Shown in pieces: positions 39,906 to 49,354 of a stretch of DNA of 64,000 nucleotides. A program made the translations under genes and the position numbers. Source of the DNA: Candidatus Obscuribacterales bacterium (lineage in GTDB: Bacteria; Cyanobacteriota; Vampirovibrionia; Obscuribacterales; Obscuribacteraceae); the NCBI GenBank assembly GCA_965228855.1, contig CBDDIJ010000003.1, positions 2,816,001 through 2,880,000 of the forward strand, written 5' to 3'. Position 1 is the stretch's first letter. Each line of letters begins with the position of its first letter. The notes under the pieces were generated by a model that had not been told where the DNA came from, made no database searches, and saw only the letters and a program-made list of their open reading frames with translations.

Positions 39906-40030
39906 GCGCTTTTAATTAGTTGGAATCAATGGTCTGTTAGCCATCCGCGCGCAACCCGGGCTGAAATCCTGGCTGAAGTAGCAAGAATCGATAGTGAAAC
40001 GGACACTGGTTCGATCCATACTTGTATTAA
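39906..40030 (+). pseudogene. C-terminal remnant of a polymorphic nuclease-type toxin (1-nt frameshift)
   Basis: ISWNQWSVSHPRATRAEILAEVARIDSE, then (T)AC GGA CAC TGG TTC GAT CCA = (Y)GHWFDP..* ending 21 nt before the immunity-like gene. Confidence 0.55.
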
Positions 40031-40051
40031 CCCTTAGCTTTTGGTGATTCT

Positions 40052-40486
40052 ATGTTCTACGCTCTTCAACCGGTAGTTCCAGGAATGTTAGGAGAATGCA
40101 CTGGCGATCTCCAGGCACGCCCACCAAGAGTCGAAAAACTGCATTACATCTTTCTCTACGGCTATCTCGACGACATCATCCAGGACGTTGGTATTTTCCT
40201 AGCTACTGATGCCTTCCAAAACGCTGTCAATTCGCTGAATCCAAGCGGCGCAACATTCACCCTCGAGAATTTGATCGTCGAAACTGACCACTATCAATTC
40301 GACGAACTCTGGCCAGAACTTGTGCCACGAATCAAAGAATATTCTTGGCTTAAACCATCGGGTGTGCCAGGCGTAGACGATTTCGGCATTACTGAAGACT
40401 GTGTGCTCGTGATATCGGCACGTGTAAAAAAAGCAATTGAGGAACTGGATCTGAGCAGATGCCAGATTGAGTTATACAGTTCCTGA
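40052..40486 (+). CDS. Orphan immunity-like protein of the family found after RHS/CDI toxins
   Basis: FYALQPVVPGMLGE..PPRVEKLHY.F..YLDDII..WLKPSGVPGVDDFGITEDCVLVISAR resembles EPEVAGGLG..PP.V.KLHY.F..DDFG proteins (recalled, not searched). Confidence 0.65.
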   Translation: MFYALQPVVPGMLGECTGDLQARPPRVEKLHYIFLYGYLDDIIQDVGIFLATDAFQNAVNSLNPSGATFTLENLIVETDHYQFDELWPELVPRIKEYSWLKPSGVPGVDDFGITEDCVLVISARVKKAIEELDLSRCQIELYSS

Positions 40487-40806
40487 ATTCCGAGTAGCAA
40501 TTGGCTGTAAATCTGTTTCCAAAATATCAGACAAACTCCAAGCCTCTCTGGTCACGATAGGTTCAAAAGACTCTCTTGATGAAGGCTTTGAGCGACATCA
40601 AATACAGAAGTCTTGATGAAATTCGATAACGAGGCGTCGAGCAAACGGTAAGTAGTCCGTTCACACGACGCCAAATATAGATCCGATGCAAAGCAGATAT
40701 CTGCACATAAACCGACTATAATTCCTACATTGTTCAAACAAAACGGTTGCGGGCATTGCATCGCAGACGCGGAGCAGCATTACCGCCTTCCAGGGAGAAT
40801 TAAAAA

Positions 40807-41712
40807 GTGCCTCAAAATCAAAAGTCGCCAACCAAAGTTTTTTATCGCACAGTCAAGATTGAAAAACTGGATATCTTCTACCGCGAAGCTGGCGATAAAA
40901 ATTCGCCGACGATAGTTTTGCTGCACGGTTTTCCAACAGACTCGCATATGTTCAGAAATTTGATTCCGATGCTCGCGCAGAAGTTTCACGTAGTCGCGCC
41001 TGATTATCCCGGTTTCGGACAGAGTTCAATGCCGTCCGTCAAGGAGTTCGAATACAGTTTCGACAATCTCGCGAACATCATGGACAAGTTCACAGAGGCA
41101 TTGAAACTCTCGAAGTTCTCGATGTATGTAATGGATTACGGCGCGCCAATTGGTTATCGCATTGCGGCTAAACACCCCGAGCGCATTCAGGCGATTGTTG
41201 TTCAAAACGGTAACGCATACGACGAAGGCATCGACAACGATTTCTGGAAGCCTATAAAAGAATACTGGAAAGACAAATCCGCAGCTAACGCAAATCCACT
41301 AGTTCCCCTAGTCGCACTCGAAGCCACAAAGTGGCAATATCAAACCGGCGCACAAAACCTGGAAGCCATCAGCCCGGACGGGTGGATTCACGATCAGGCA
41401 GGCCTGGATAGACCCGGCAACGCTGAAATTCAACTCGAACTTTTGTACAGCTACGGGTCCAATCCGGTGCACTACCCGCGGTGGCAGGAATATTTCCGAA
41501 CCCATCAACCACCAATGCTAATCGTTTGGGGCAAGAACGACCAAATTTTTCCTGCCGCTGGAGCTGAGCCTTACAAGCGCGATTTGAAGAATCTGGAGTT
41601 CCATTTATTTGAAACCGGTCACTTTGCCCTCGAAGAGTTTGGTCAAGAGATTGGCGAACTAATCAGCGAGTTCTTGAGCAAGGTTGTACCAGCACCCGTG
41701 AAAGTCTCTTAG
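40807..41712 (+). CDS. Alpha/beta hydrolase (epoxide hydrolase/dehalogenase-like)
   Basis: [16 protein letters not shown], nucleophile MDYGA, VWGKND, TGHFALE. Confidence 0.93.
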   Translation: MPQNQKSPTKVFYRTVKIEKLDIFYREAGDKNSPTIVLLHGFPTDSHMFRNLIPMLAQKFHVVAPDYPGFGQSSMPSVKEFEYSFDNLANIMDKFTEALKLSKFSMYVMDYGAPIGYRIAAKHPERIQAIVVQNGNAYDEGIDNDFWKPIKEYWKDKSAANANPLVPLVALEATKWQYQTGAQNLEAISPDGWIHDQAGLDRPGNAEIQLELLYSYGSNPVHYPRWQEYFRTHQPPMLIVWGKNDQIFPAAGAEPYKRDLKNLEFHLFETGHFALEEFGQEIGELISEFLSKVVPAPVKVS

Positions 41713-41743
41713 GCGTCGACACAAGGTCCAGAAGCCAAACGTA

Positions 41744-41774
41744 TGTCCCTAGCCGTTTGAAACGGTTAGGGACA
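41744..41774. terminator. Stem-loop between convergent genes
   Basis: GTCCCTAGCCGTT-TGA-AACGGTTAGGGAC, 13-bp stem with one G-U pair; no clear U tract. Confidence 0.55.
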
Positions 41775-41808
41775 GTGTGTAGACAAATCGAGGACAATGC
41801 CCCGACAC

Positions 41809-42567
41809 CTAGTGCCAGGAACCGAACTCGACTAATGATGTTCCAAACGCATTTTCCAGATCGAGTAGGAAGTCTCGGCTCTGCATTCGACCGCTCCACA
41901 CGACGGTTTTCGGATGACACTTACCGAAGTCGATGAACAATGCGGCTTTCCAAACCGAGATGTCTGGTGCCTGATTGTCCCGACTTGGTTTAACTCTTTT
42001 AGTGGCCGGCTTAATTGTGCCACCACAGTCGCAGACCGAGGGGCAGATGTTACCATGCTCGATCATGGCAGGCATCCATGGATCATCTATTTCCTCTGCA
42101 GTTTCGCCACAGTCAGCGCACTGAAACTGTTCTGTCTCATCAATTTCGAACATTTCATATGGATCGTCGAAGATTTTGAAATTCGGTCCGAGCTGCAGGT
42201 GAACCCACTGAATCTCCGGGGTCTTCTCCACGCCGTTGTATTCGAAATCGCGACCGCCAATTTGCTGTACAGATTTCGAGTCCTCGGCGGGCTTCCAATC
42301 GATGCGACGCTCCTGTTCAAAAAGTGGTGGCACGCCTTTGCGAAGCAATTGATTTTTTTCTTTCCACTTTCCAACGTCTCCGTTTTTATCCAGATTACAC
42401 AATCGCTTCGTGCCGGTTCTCTTTTCGACGCAATCTTGCACGATGCCCCATTTAGCTAATACCTCGGAAACTCTCTTTTCGATAGTTTCAAACTCTTTCT
42501 CTGTTTTGGGAAGCCAATTCAAATCAGCTACTGCAAAGCCATGTCTATATTCAACGCCCATGTTCAT
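41809..42567 (-). CDS. Hypothetical protein with Cys pairs (CADC...CPSVCDCG)
   Basis: 252-aa ORF with AGGAG RBS; possible zinc ribbon insert. Confidence 0.7.
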   Translation of the reverse strand: MNMGVEYRHGFAVADLNWLPKTEKEFETIEKRVSEVLAKWGIVQDCVEKRTGTKRLCNLDKNGDVGKWKEKNQLLRKGVPPLFEQERRIDWKPAEDSKSVQQIGGRDFEYNGVEKTPEIQWVHLQLGPNFKIFDDPYEMFEIDETEQFQCADCGETAEEIDDPWMPAMIEHGNICPSVCDCGGTIKPATKRVKPSRDNQAPDISVWKAALFIDFGKCHPKTVVWSGRMQSRDFLLDLENAFGTSLVEFGSWH

Positions 42568-42732
42568 GCTCTCCTGACCTCTACACCGGTACGATGATAC
42601 ATCGGCAGATGTTACGAAGTTGTTTATTGGTTGCGCACGGAGTGGGGTTCCTACGATCGCCAGAACAAGTCCGTAAAAGGTGTAAAGATGCTAGGTAATT
42701 GAAATCTGCTTAGCCGGTGTTATGATCGGCAC

Positions 42733-43296
42733 ATGAAGACGACGTCCCTTAAAGTACTCCATCTCGGATGCCTCGCGGCGGCGCTCGCCACTGCGAGCGG
42801 TATCATGTATGGTACATCTCGTCCAATAGCACCGCGCCAGATATCCTGGGTTGAACTACAGAGCCTGATGGACAAGCGGAATGCTCGCAACATAAAGAAA
42901 ATAGTTTGTCGGTGCAAGTTTTTTCCAACTCCGGATACAAACAGTCTTGCAATCCAATTAAAAAACAGCGAGTGCGAACTCATAGTCTCCTCAAGCGAAA
43001 TGCCGGTGGCTCTGATAGGAACATCAGGTTGCGGCGCCCTCGGTCATGAGCGAAGTCAGGTCAACAAGAGGCTAATCTGGGTTTTCCAGCAAGCACTTGC
43101 GAACGGTATCGACCTTGAACTAAAAGCGCACGCACCAGTAAATGGAAATAAATATCTGACTTCGAGCTTGATTTACAGTGGAAAGCCTACGCCCGAGTAC
43201 CCGTATGGATTACTCGTAGCTGGTCCTCGAAAAGGTGAAGCACCGTGGCTTGTGGATAAGCCAAGCGCATCACGAAAACCCTCTTCAACCATGTGA
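42733..43296 (+). CDS. Hypothetical exported/membrane protein
   Basis: 187 aa; N-terminal hydrophobic helix. Confidence 0.55.
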   Translation: MKTTSLKVLHLGCLAAALATASGIMYGTSRPIAPRQISWVELQSLMDKRNARNIKKIVCRCKFFPTPDTNSLAIQLKNSECELIVSSSEMPVALIGTSGCGALGHERSQVNKRLIWVFQQALANGIDLELKAHAPVNGNKYLTSSLIYSGKPTPEYPYGLLVAGPRKGEAPWLVDKPSASRKPSSTM

Positions 43297-43428
43297 CCGG
43301 GCATACACAATTACTATCACGCCGGCGAAATGTTCGTGCCTTTTAAGAGTGGACTTTCGGAAGAAACAGAGCCGGAGTCACTTTGAAGTGCAGCCCGAGT
43401 TTGACGCAATGCTCTTTGACTACGACTG

Positions 43429-43998
43429 TCAATCGGCCGCTTGCTCAAGAACTCGATCAAGCAAATCAGAAATTCCAAGCTCTTTTGCCCTGTCTTGCAT
43501 ATACTCCAGGTTCAAGTTAGCTCCCTGTAATTTGATCACGCCACTAATATCGTTCCACTGACGATCTGATACTTCTTCTCCTGCTCTGTACCATTCGAGT
43601 TTGGCAATAATTGTATCTTCCGGACTGGCAAAGAATGCCATGTCATCGTTTGAGACTGCGATCTGTACTCTATTCGAAAGTTGCATTTGATCGAAATTTC
43701 GATTCCTTGGAATGAAAATGTCTACCTTAAAACCAGTCGAGTAATCGATGAGATTGAAACTAGAACATCGACTGATTGCCTGGAGAGCGGATTCCTTCGA
43801 CACGTAGAAATCCGCCTCCAGAGCTGCTACGAATTCGTCTACGTGATCGGTTTTCAGGTCTGCAGGAATATCAGCATTGGCCGTAGCCCTGGCCAGACCA
43901 TGAGTTGAGCTAGCAAGCGATCCTCCGATCAAATATGGAACTTCCAGACGCTCTAAAACCCGAACAACCTTAAGTGCGACTGAGATATCGTCATTCAT
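43429..43998 (-). CDS. Pol-beta-type nucleotidyltransferase-like protein, first acidic metal ligand substituted
   Basis: YLIGGSLASSTHGLARATANADI (usually GGS..RxTxDxD), KVDIF, SPEDTIIAKLEW, RQWNDI. Confidence 0.82.
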   Translation of the reverse strand: MNDDISVALKVVRVLERLEVPYLIGGSLASSTHGLARATANADIPADLKTDHVDEFVAALEADFYVSKESALQAISRCSSFNLIDYSTGFKVDIFIPRNRNFDQMQLSNRVQIAVSNDDMAFFASPEDTIIAKLEWYRAGEEVSDRQWNDISGVIKLQGANLNLEYMQDRAKELGISDLLDRVLEQAAD

Positions 43999-44356
43999 CG
44001 AGCAATCGTTTTTCTAGTGGGAGTTCCTCACTGATTGAATAATTTGGAGGACCGTATACTGTCTCCGCGAGAGCCTCACCTAAAACTTGATCCATTAGTT
44101 TGCGGCGACACTGCTCTTCATTAAGCTCCGGATGTCTAAGCGCAATTCCGCTCATCATGAGCGTCCGCATCGTATCATTCATATTGCTGACCATCTTCAG
44201 TTTCTCGGCAGGCGATTTTTTGCGCAATATTGCTAATTGCACCTGTTCTGCTTCGCGACTGGTATCACTAAGTGGCTTGACTTCGTGTGGTTTCTTTTTC
44301 GACAGTGCCAATTGTCTCAGGCTCATCACATCAAATTCAGGTAGTATCGCGTTCAA
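43991..44356 (-). CDS. Small helical partner of the nucleotidyltransferase (putative TA pair)
   Basis: LSDTSREAEQVQLAILRKKSPAEKL..GIALRHPEL; overlaps the downstream gene by 8 nt. Confidence 0.75.
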   Translation of the reverse strand: MNAILPEFDVMSLRQLALSKKKPHEVKPLSDTSREAEQVQLAILRKKSPAEKLKMVSNMNDTMRTLMMSGIALRHPELNEEQCRRKLMDQVLGEALAETVYGPPNYSISEELPLEKRLLDE

Positions 44357-44627
44357 AGCTCCATCTTACCAGACAGAGCCCGTCTAAAACCAAAACGTTC
44401 CCAGACAGCCGTCAACGGGCTTCTCCGGAACGGAAAGTTGTTTTCCTCGGCAAGAAAGCAGGCTTGTTCAGTAACCGCTTAGAATCTCTTCTCTCTATGT
44501 GCGGTCTTTAAACAACTACCGAAATTAGCTGTCGTCTCGGTCTTGGCTGGAATAGGCATTTTGAAAGCATGGGTACAACTATTAAAGACTCCCGCGATCG
44601 AGAACCTAATGTTAGAGGTAGATACTC

Positions 44628-45710
44628 ATGCAAACACTTTCGAAGAAACTGCCGAAGCACTGGAATTTGACCGGCACCAATAGCGCTCGCTTCGAGGTTT
44701 GCCTCGATCAAACCACCATGCATGACGGCAAACCGAGTCTGCTCATCCAGTCAAAAACCGCCGGCGAAGAAGACTATGCATATTTCTATCAGCTGACCCA
44801 TTGTACTGAGTGGATTGGGAAGAGACTGCGTGTTAGTGCATATTTCAAGACAGAAGCGGTAGAGGGTCATGCAGTCATATCTATAAACTTGCAGACACAA
44901 TCTGGAGAAGTTGTCGTATACGACGCCATGATCGATCGATCTCTGAAAGGTGATAATGACTGGTGCCGGGTTGAAACTGTTTTTGATGTCCCGGTAGACT
45001 GCCGTTTTCTCTACTTTGGTCCGGCGCTCTGGGGGCGTGGCAAAATGTGGGTTGCCGATTTTACTGTCGAGCCGGTCGCTCGAAGTGTGAGGCGCACGGA
45101 CAACCATGGTACTAATGCGCTGCTGGCTCTCCATCCAATAAATCTGGATTTTGGCGACGGCCTACCGCCTTCAGCGAAAAGCACTACTTTTGAAACCGCT
45201 CATGGTTGGAGGTACGATGATGCAGACTCTGCATTATACGAATACAAACTGATACCGGATGCTTTTAAAGGAAAACCGGCGATAACCATTCGCTCAAAAA
45301 CACATCTTGAGCCGCTCATCGACGACTCCAGCCCCAATTGCGGTTATGTCACTCAAACATTTTGCGCATTGCCATACAGGGGCAAGAAAATCAAGCTTTC
45401 TGCCCAAATCAAGACTGAAGACTGCAACGACATGAGTGGGTTAGTTTTGATGGTACTGGGGCCATTTTGTAAATGGACGTCGATAGCGACTATGTTCAAC
45501 GACTGTCTTTCCGGCACAAGCGACTGGCAGAAAATTAAAAGAGTACTGAACGTGCCCGAAACCGCCTATGGCATTAGCATTTGGCTGCAATTAAATGGCG
45601 GCGGTAAGAGCTATTACAGCGACGTCAAAGTAGAAGAAGCGGCGGCGAGTGAGCCAGTTACGGATAAAGGTCCCGGACTGAACAATCTCGATTTCCTTGA
45701 GACTGAGTGA
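44628..45710 (+). CDS. Protein with two CBM-like beta-sandwich domains
   Basis: Repeated Q....Y/W.GK+L+.SA..KTE...M....L.G..DW.+...V.DVP...G.GK.(W/Y)..D...E units, each followed by NLDF; AGAGGT RBS. Confidence 0.8.
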   Translation: MQTLSKKLPKHWNLTGTNSARFEVCLDQTTMHDGKPSLLIQSKTAGEEDYAYFYQLTHCTEWIGKRLRVSAYFKTEAVEGHAVISINLQTQSGEVVVYDAMIDRSLKGDNDWCRVETVFDVPVDCRFLYFGPALWGRGKMWVADFTVEPVARSVRRTDNHGTNALLALHPINLDFGDGLPPSAKSTTFETAHGWRYDDADSALYEYKLIPDAFKGKPAITIRSKTHLEPLIDDSSPNCGYVTQTFCALPYRGKKIKLSAQIKTEDCNDMSGLVLMVLGPFCKWTSIATMFNDCLSGTSDWQKIKRVLNVPETAYGISIWLQLNGGGKSYYSDVKVEEAAASEPVTDKGPGLNNLDFLETE

Positions 45711-45980
45711 AGGACGCAACATAGGCATATTAATCCACGATGCCGTTTGGATGGGTGTGACATAACGGCGCATAACACCTCGTAGATAAACTGACGTGGA
45801 CGTGCCGCGGGAGCGCCACCTGGCAGCCGGGTCCCAACTGCCTACACAGTGGCACCGAATCTGGTGGCACCCGTGATGTCTTAGACATAGTACAACTATT
45901 CACAATTCCGAAGTAATACGTGAACTTCGCATAAACTTCTCAGGTAGCTTTTATTGCAACCATGGGTGACGTAAGTTGGG

Positions 45981-46004
45981 TTTCGCATGGCGTATAATGC
46001 GAAA
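45981..46004 (+). promoter_or_regulatory. Palindrome TTTCGCAT-N8-ATGCGAAA overlapping a TATAAT -10 box
   Basis: TATAAT at 45993-45998 inside the inverted repeat; identical in copy 2 (53122-53145). Confidence 0.65.
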
Positions 46005-46033
46005 CCGTTCGCACCGCTCCGGAGATATAAAGT

Positions 46034-46744
46034 ATGCGCGAGGTTCAAGTCGCTAAACTCGAGTCCGTTCATGGCACGCAGCAGTCGCCCATTAACATCA
46101 CGGCGCGCGAGGCGTTCTCTGTTGCAGACCAAATTTCAGGAACCGGCTACGACCAGAACTCATTCAAAGGACACGTAGTTGAGAACGCAGAGCACCACTA
46201 CTTCGAACTTTCCGAACGCAATAACAAGAAGTTGCCATCAGTTGAATTTCGCTCGACGCGCGCTGTCTTGAAGAGCATCCACTTCCACGCGCCCAGTGAG
46301 CACCAACTCGAAGGCAACGAATACGACGCGGAATTTCACTTCGTGCACGACATCGTTTCGAAAGAGGTCACGGGAAACGCACACGTCCAGGAGCCGTCAA
46401 CAAAACTGGTGATCGGCGTCTTCGCCAACGCCGTCAAGAGCGCGGAAGAAATCGCATCATTTTGCAACTCGCTCAAAGTGCTCAAAGAAACCGGCAAACC
46501 ATGCCCGAAGGAATGCGAGTTTCCCGCAAAAATTCTCAACGACATTCCATCAAAATTTGGAAGCTTCTTCCATTATCGTGGCTCACTCACCAGCGGCGAG
46601 CATCTCGAAATTGTTTCCTGGATCGTTTTGAAAGAGGCGATCGGAGTTTCGTCAGATCTCTTGGAAGAAATTGAGTCGCTCGACCAACCAACGCGCGAAC
46701 TGCAATTATTGAACCGCAGAATCCTTTTGGTAAGCGGGACGTAG
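46034..46744 (+). CDS. Alpha-class carbonic anhydrase-like protein, copy 1
   Basis: QQSPINI, HFHAPSEH, EFHFVH, YRGSLT, VSWIV, RELQLLNRR. Confidence 0.88.
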   Translation: MREVQVAKLESVHGTQQSPINITAREAFSVADQISGTGYDQNSFKGHVVENAEHHYFELSERNNKKLPSVEFRSTRAVLKSIHFHAPSEHQLEGNEYDAEFHFVHDIVSKEVTGNAHVQEPSTKLVIGVFANAVKSAEEIASFCNSLKVLKETGKPCPKECEFPAKILNDIPSKFGSFFHYRGSLTSGEHLEIVSWIVLKEAIGVSSDLLEEIESLDQPTRELQLLNRRILLVSGT

Positions 46745-47006
46745 CCCTAAGTGCGAGCCCCGCGTTCTCTTGTTCTGCTAGTGCGCAGCTGGATTTATCA
46801 ATTTCGGTCAAGCAATCCAAGAAACTCATGGTACTAGCCTCCCGCCATTCTCATAGCTTTGCCACTGCTGGGAGAACATTGTCATTTCCCAATCTTTGCG
46901 GTGGCAATTCATGTTATGCATTTTGCCGTTTCACTTGCGCTATTGGACATTATTGGCTATAATTGGCTGTTATTGGTCAAACAATTGGCTAGGGAGATTT
47001 TGACCG

Positions 47007-48062
47007 TTGAGACTGGAACGTTTTCGACCCACTCTCGAAATTTTGCGCCTGGTTGCAGAACTGGACGAGTTTAAAGGAGCCTGGCGATCTTTATCCAACA
47101 TATCACCTGAACGACTGGCCGCCCTGAAACACATTGCCACCATTGAAAGCATTGGTTCGTCAACGCGAATCGAAGGGGCAGCGCTTTCCGATGAGCAAGT
47201 TGAAGCGCTTCTGTCCGGCATCCAGAGGACATCTTTCCGGTCAAGAGACGAACAGGAAGTGGCTGGTTATTCAGATGTAATGGATACCGTCTTTGAGAGC
47301 TGGCCACAAATTCCTCTAACTGAGAATCACATTAAGCAATTGCATCGAGATCTATTGAAGTACAGTCGCAAGGACGATCGACATAGAGGCAACTACAAGA
47401 CATTACCAAACAACGTTGAAGCCTTCGGACCAAACGGTGAGAGCCTGGGCGTGGTGTTCAAAACGGCAACGCCCTTCGATACGCCGTACAAAATGACGGA
47501 AATTATCTCGTGGACTAACGAGATGCTTGATGCCGGCGCAGTGCATCCGCTTTTGGTTACAGCGGCATTCGTAGCAGTTTTTCTTGCAGTTCATCCGTTC
47601 CAAGATGGAAATGGCCGCCTTTCGCGTGTTCTCACTACGCTAATGCTGCTCAAGAAAGGCTATGCCTATGCGCCATACAGTTCGTTGGAAAGTGTTATTG
47701 AGTCGAATAAGGAGTCGTATTACCTCGCACTTAGAAGAACTCAAGCGACGCTGGAATCAGACAAGCCTGATTGGGATCCGTGGTTTCACTTCTTTCTGCA
47801 GGCGATGCAAAAACAAAAGGCAAACCTGCAACTAAAACTTTCGAGAGAACGTATTTTCGAAGGCGAGATGCCAGCGCTTTCTGTGCGAATTTTAGAGCTT
47901 GTACGCGAGCACGGGCGTGTGAAGACTTCCGATATTGAAAATCTAACCGGTGAAAGCCGAAGCACCATCAAGGTTCGCCTTAACGAACTGGTTCAGCGAA
48001 GACTATTGGCACGCTTTGGCAAGGGACCTGGAACGTGGTATGCGCTTGCGAAAGAGACGTGA
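47007..48062 (+). CDS. Fic-domain protein (class II, N-terminal inhibitory motif) with C-terminal HTH
   Basis: HPFQDGNGR catalytic loop; SSTRIEG inhibitory motif; winged helix ending G.GPGTWY. Confidence 0.93.
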   Translation: MRLERFRPTLEILRLVAELDEFKGAWRSLSNISPERLAALKHIATIESIGSSTRIEGAALSDEQVEALLSGIQRTSFRSRDEQEVAGYSDVMDTVFESWPQIPLTENHIKQLHRDLLKYSRKDDRHRGNYKTLPNNVEAFGPNGESLGVVFKTATPFDTPYKMTEIISWTNEMLDAGAVHPLLVTAAFVAVFLAVHPFQDGNGRLSRVLTTLMLLKKGYAYAPYSSLESVIESNKESYYLALRRTQATLESDKPDWDPWFHFFLQAMQKQKANLQLKLSRERIFEGEMPALSVRILELVREHGRVKTSDIENLTGESRSTIKVRLNELVQRRLLARFGKGPGTWYALAKET

Positions 48063-48108
48063 CTTTTAGTTGCAAGTGCGCTCACCGGACAAATGAGAGC
48101 AGCGCTCG

Positions 48109-48270
48109 CTGGACCATTCATGAGGGAGACGAGGTGACTGCCGAAGGACAAGTCGTTTGGGACGACAAGCAAAAAGGTTTTGTACTGAATGCGCCATCAT
48201 TGATGGTGGCACCACTCAGCGCCGGGCTGATTAAACTTCGCGTTAAAAACGGCCCGGAAACTTTTTAACT
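48109..48270 (+). repeat. Direct repeat B, copy 1: orphan 3' end of the 53893-54681 gene (copy 2 at 54522-54683)
   Basis: 162-bp near-identical segment encoding WTIHEGDEV...KNGPETF*. Confidence 0.93.
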
Positions 48271-48391
48271 TGCGCAAAAAAACTTTTCGTATACGGTTTG
48301 GCGGACAGACCAGACATCCGGCAACGCTCAACACTCGGTAGCAATGCGCATTCCATGCTAAGCTGGTTCCTAGTCCTGTGTGGTAATTGCA

Positions 48392-49078
48392 ATGCTCAAA
48401 ACGGTCGCAATTCGACAGTTTCTTCACGTAAGCCTACGCAGCGCTCTTGTCCTCGCCTGCTGTTTTTTCCTCAGCGAATCGCACGCGTCAAGCAACGAAT
48501 CGGTCCCGAGCAAAAACGCAGACACGCCGAAGAATGAAGTAAACGACCCAAAGTTTCACAAACAACTTCTACAAATTGCGGCCGAGTATCAGGGTTACAG
48601 CAAGGTCGACGATATGACGCGCTGGGCTCCGACGTTGTGCATTATGCCACCACCGCCGAAGGCACGTCTAAGCAAAAGTAAAGACTCGGGAACTCACGGA
48701 AAAAAGCTTTATTACTTGTTCGCGAAGCATCGCAACGAGTATATGGAAAACAAAACTGATGTCGCTGGCCAAGTGGTTGTTAAGGAATCGTGGGGTGCTC
48801 CTTCAACGGAAGCACTAAAAGCAAACATAGATAAAAGCGCAGCAAAAGCCACTGCCAAAGAAACAACCTCTGCATTCACAACAGATGTTTTGGGAGCGAA
48901 AAGCGGTTTATACATCATGTACCGCGCCGATGCCAAGTCACCAGACACTGATGATGGCTGGATTTACGGAACCGTCACTGCCGACGGCAAAACTGTCACT
49001 TCCGCCGGACGCGTGCAATCGTGCATGAGCTGCCACATTAGCGCACCACATGGGCGATTATTCGGTCTACAGCACTGA
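48392..49078 (+). CDS. Exported c-type cytochrome, cytochrome P460-like fold
   Basis: Signal peptide; GQVVVKES, LYIMYR, DGWIYG; single C-terminal CxxCH (CMSCH). Confidence 0.75.
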   Translation: MLKTVAIRQFLHVSLRSALVLACCFFLSESHASSNESVPSKNADTPKNEVNDPKFHKQLLQIAAEYQGYSKVDDMTRWAPTLCIMPPPPKARLSKSKDSGTHGKKLYYLFAKHRNEYMENKTDVAGQVVVKESWGAPSTEALKANIDKSAAKATAKETTSAFTTDVLGAKSGLYIMYRADAKSPDTDDGWIYGTVTADGKTVTSAGRVQSCMSCHISAPHGRLFGLQH

Positions 49079-49091
49079 ACGGAATACGCGC

Positions 49092-49340
49092 ATGAATCTA
49101 TACGCTTGCATCTTTTCTATCATCGCTTTTTCTGGGCTATCATTTAGCCCGGACACTTGCCCGGGAGACCCGGTTGGTCTGTCAGATCTTAAGGGACGCG
49201 AATTAACTCCGGCAAAATATTCAAGCATTCGGCACTTTGGGCATGGTTTATACTTTGCGCGCTCCATCAACGCAGAGAATAAATATTTCCTAGGCGATGA
49301 GCGGTTTCTTCTCAATGGCAGGGGGCGCGAATTCAAAATA
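49092..49340 (+). pseudogene. Truncated N-terminus of an exported WG-repeat-like protein
   Basis: Signal-like start, then GLSDLKGRELTPAKYSSIRHFGHGLYFA..FLLNGRGRE, running into the 3' end of the convergent gene. Confidence 0.45.
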
Positions 49341-49354
49341 CGGTGCCAGCCGAT

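Larger units (their letters stand above)
45964..46750 (+). repeat. Direct repeat A, copy 1 (copy 2 at 53100-53891)
   Basis: Near-identical promoter plus carbonic anhydrase gene; CDS offset 7141 bp. Confidence 0.95.

Noticed and set aside
45711..45960. Possible ncRNA in GC-rich intergenic stretch with a GTGGCACC repeat
   Set aside because: No recognisable RNA family motif or convincing extended structure.
48035..48268. 77-aa ORF after fic
   Set aside because: Chimeric read-through into the duplicated 3' fragment, not an independent gene.
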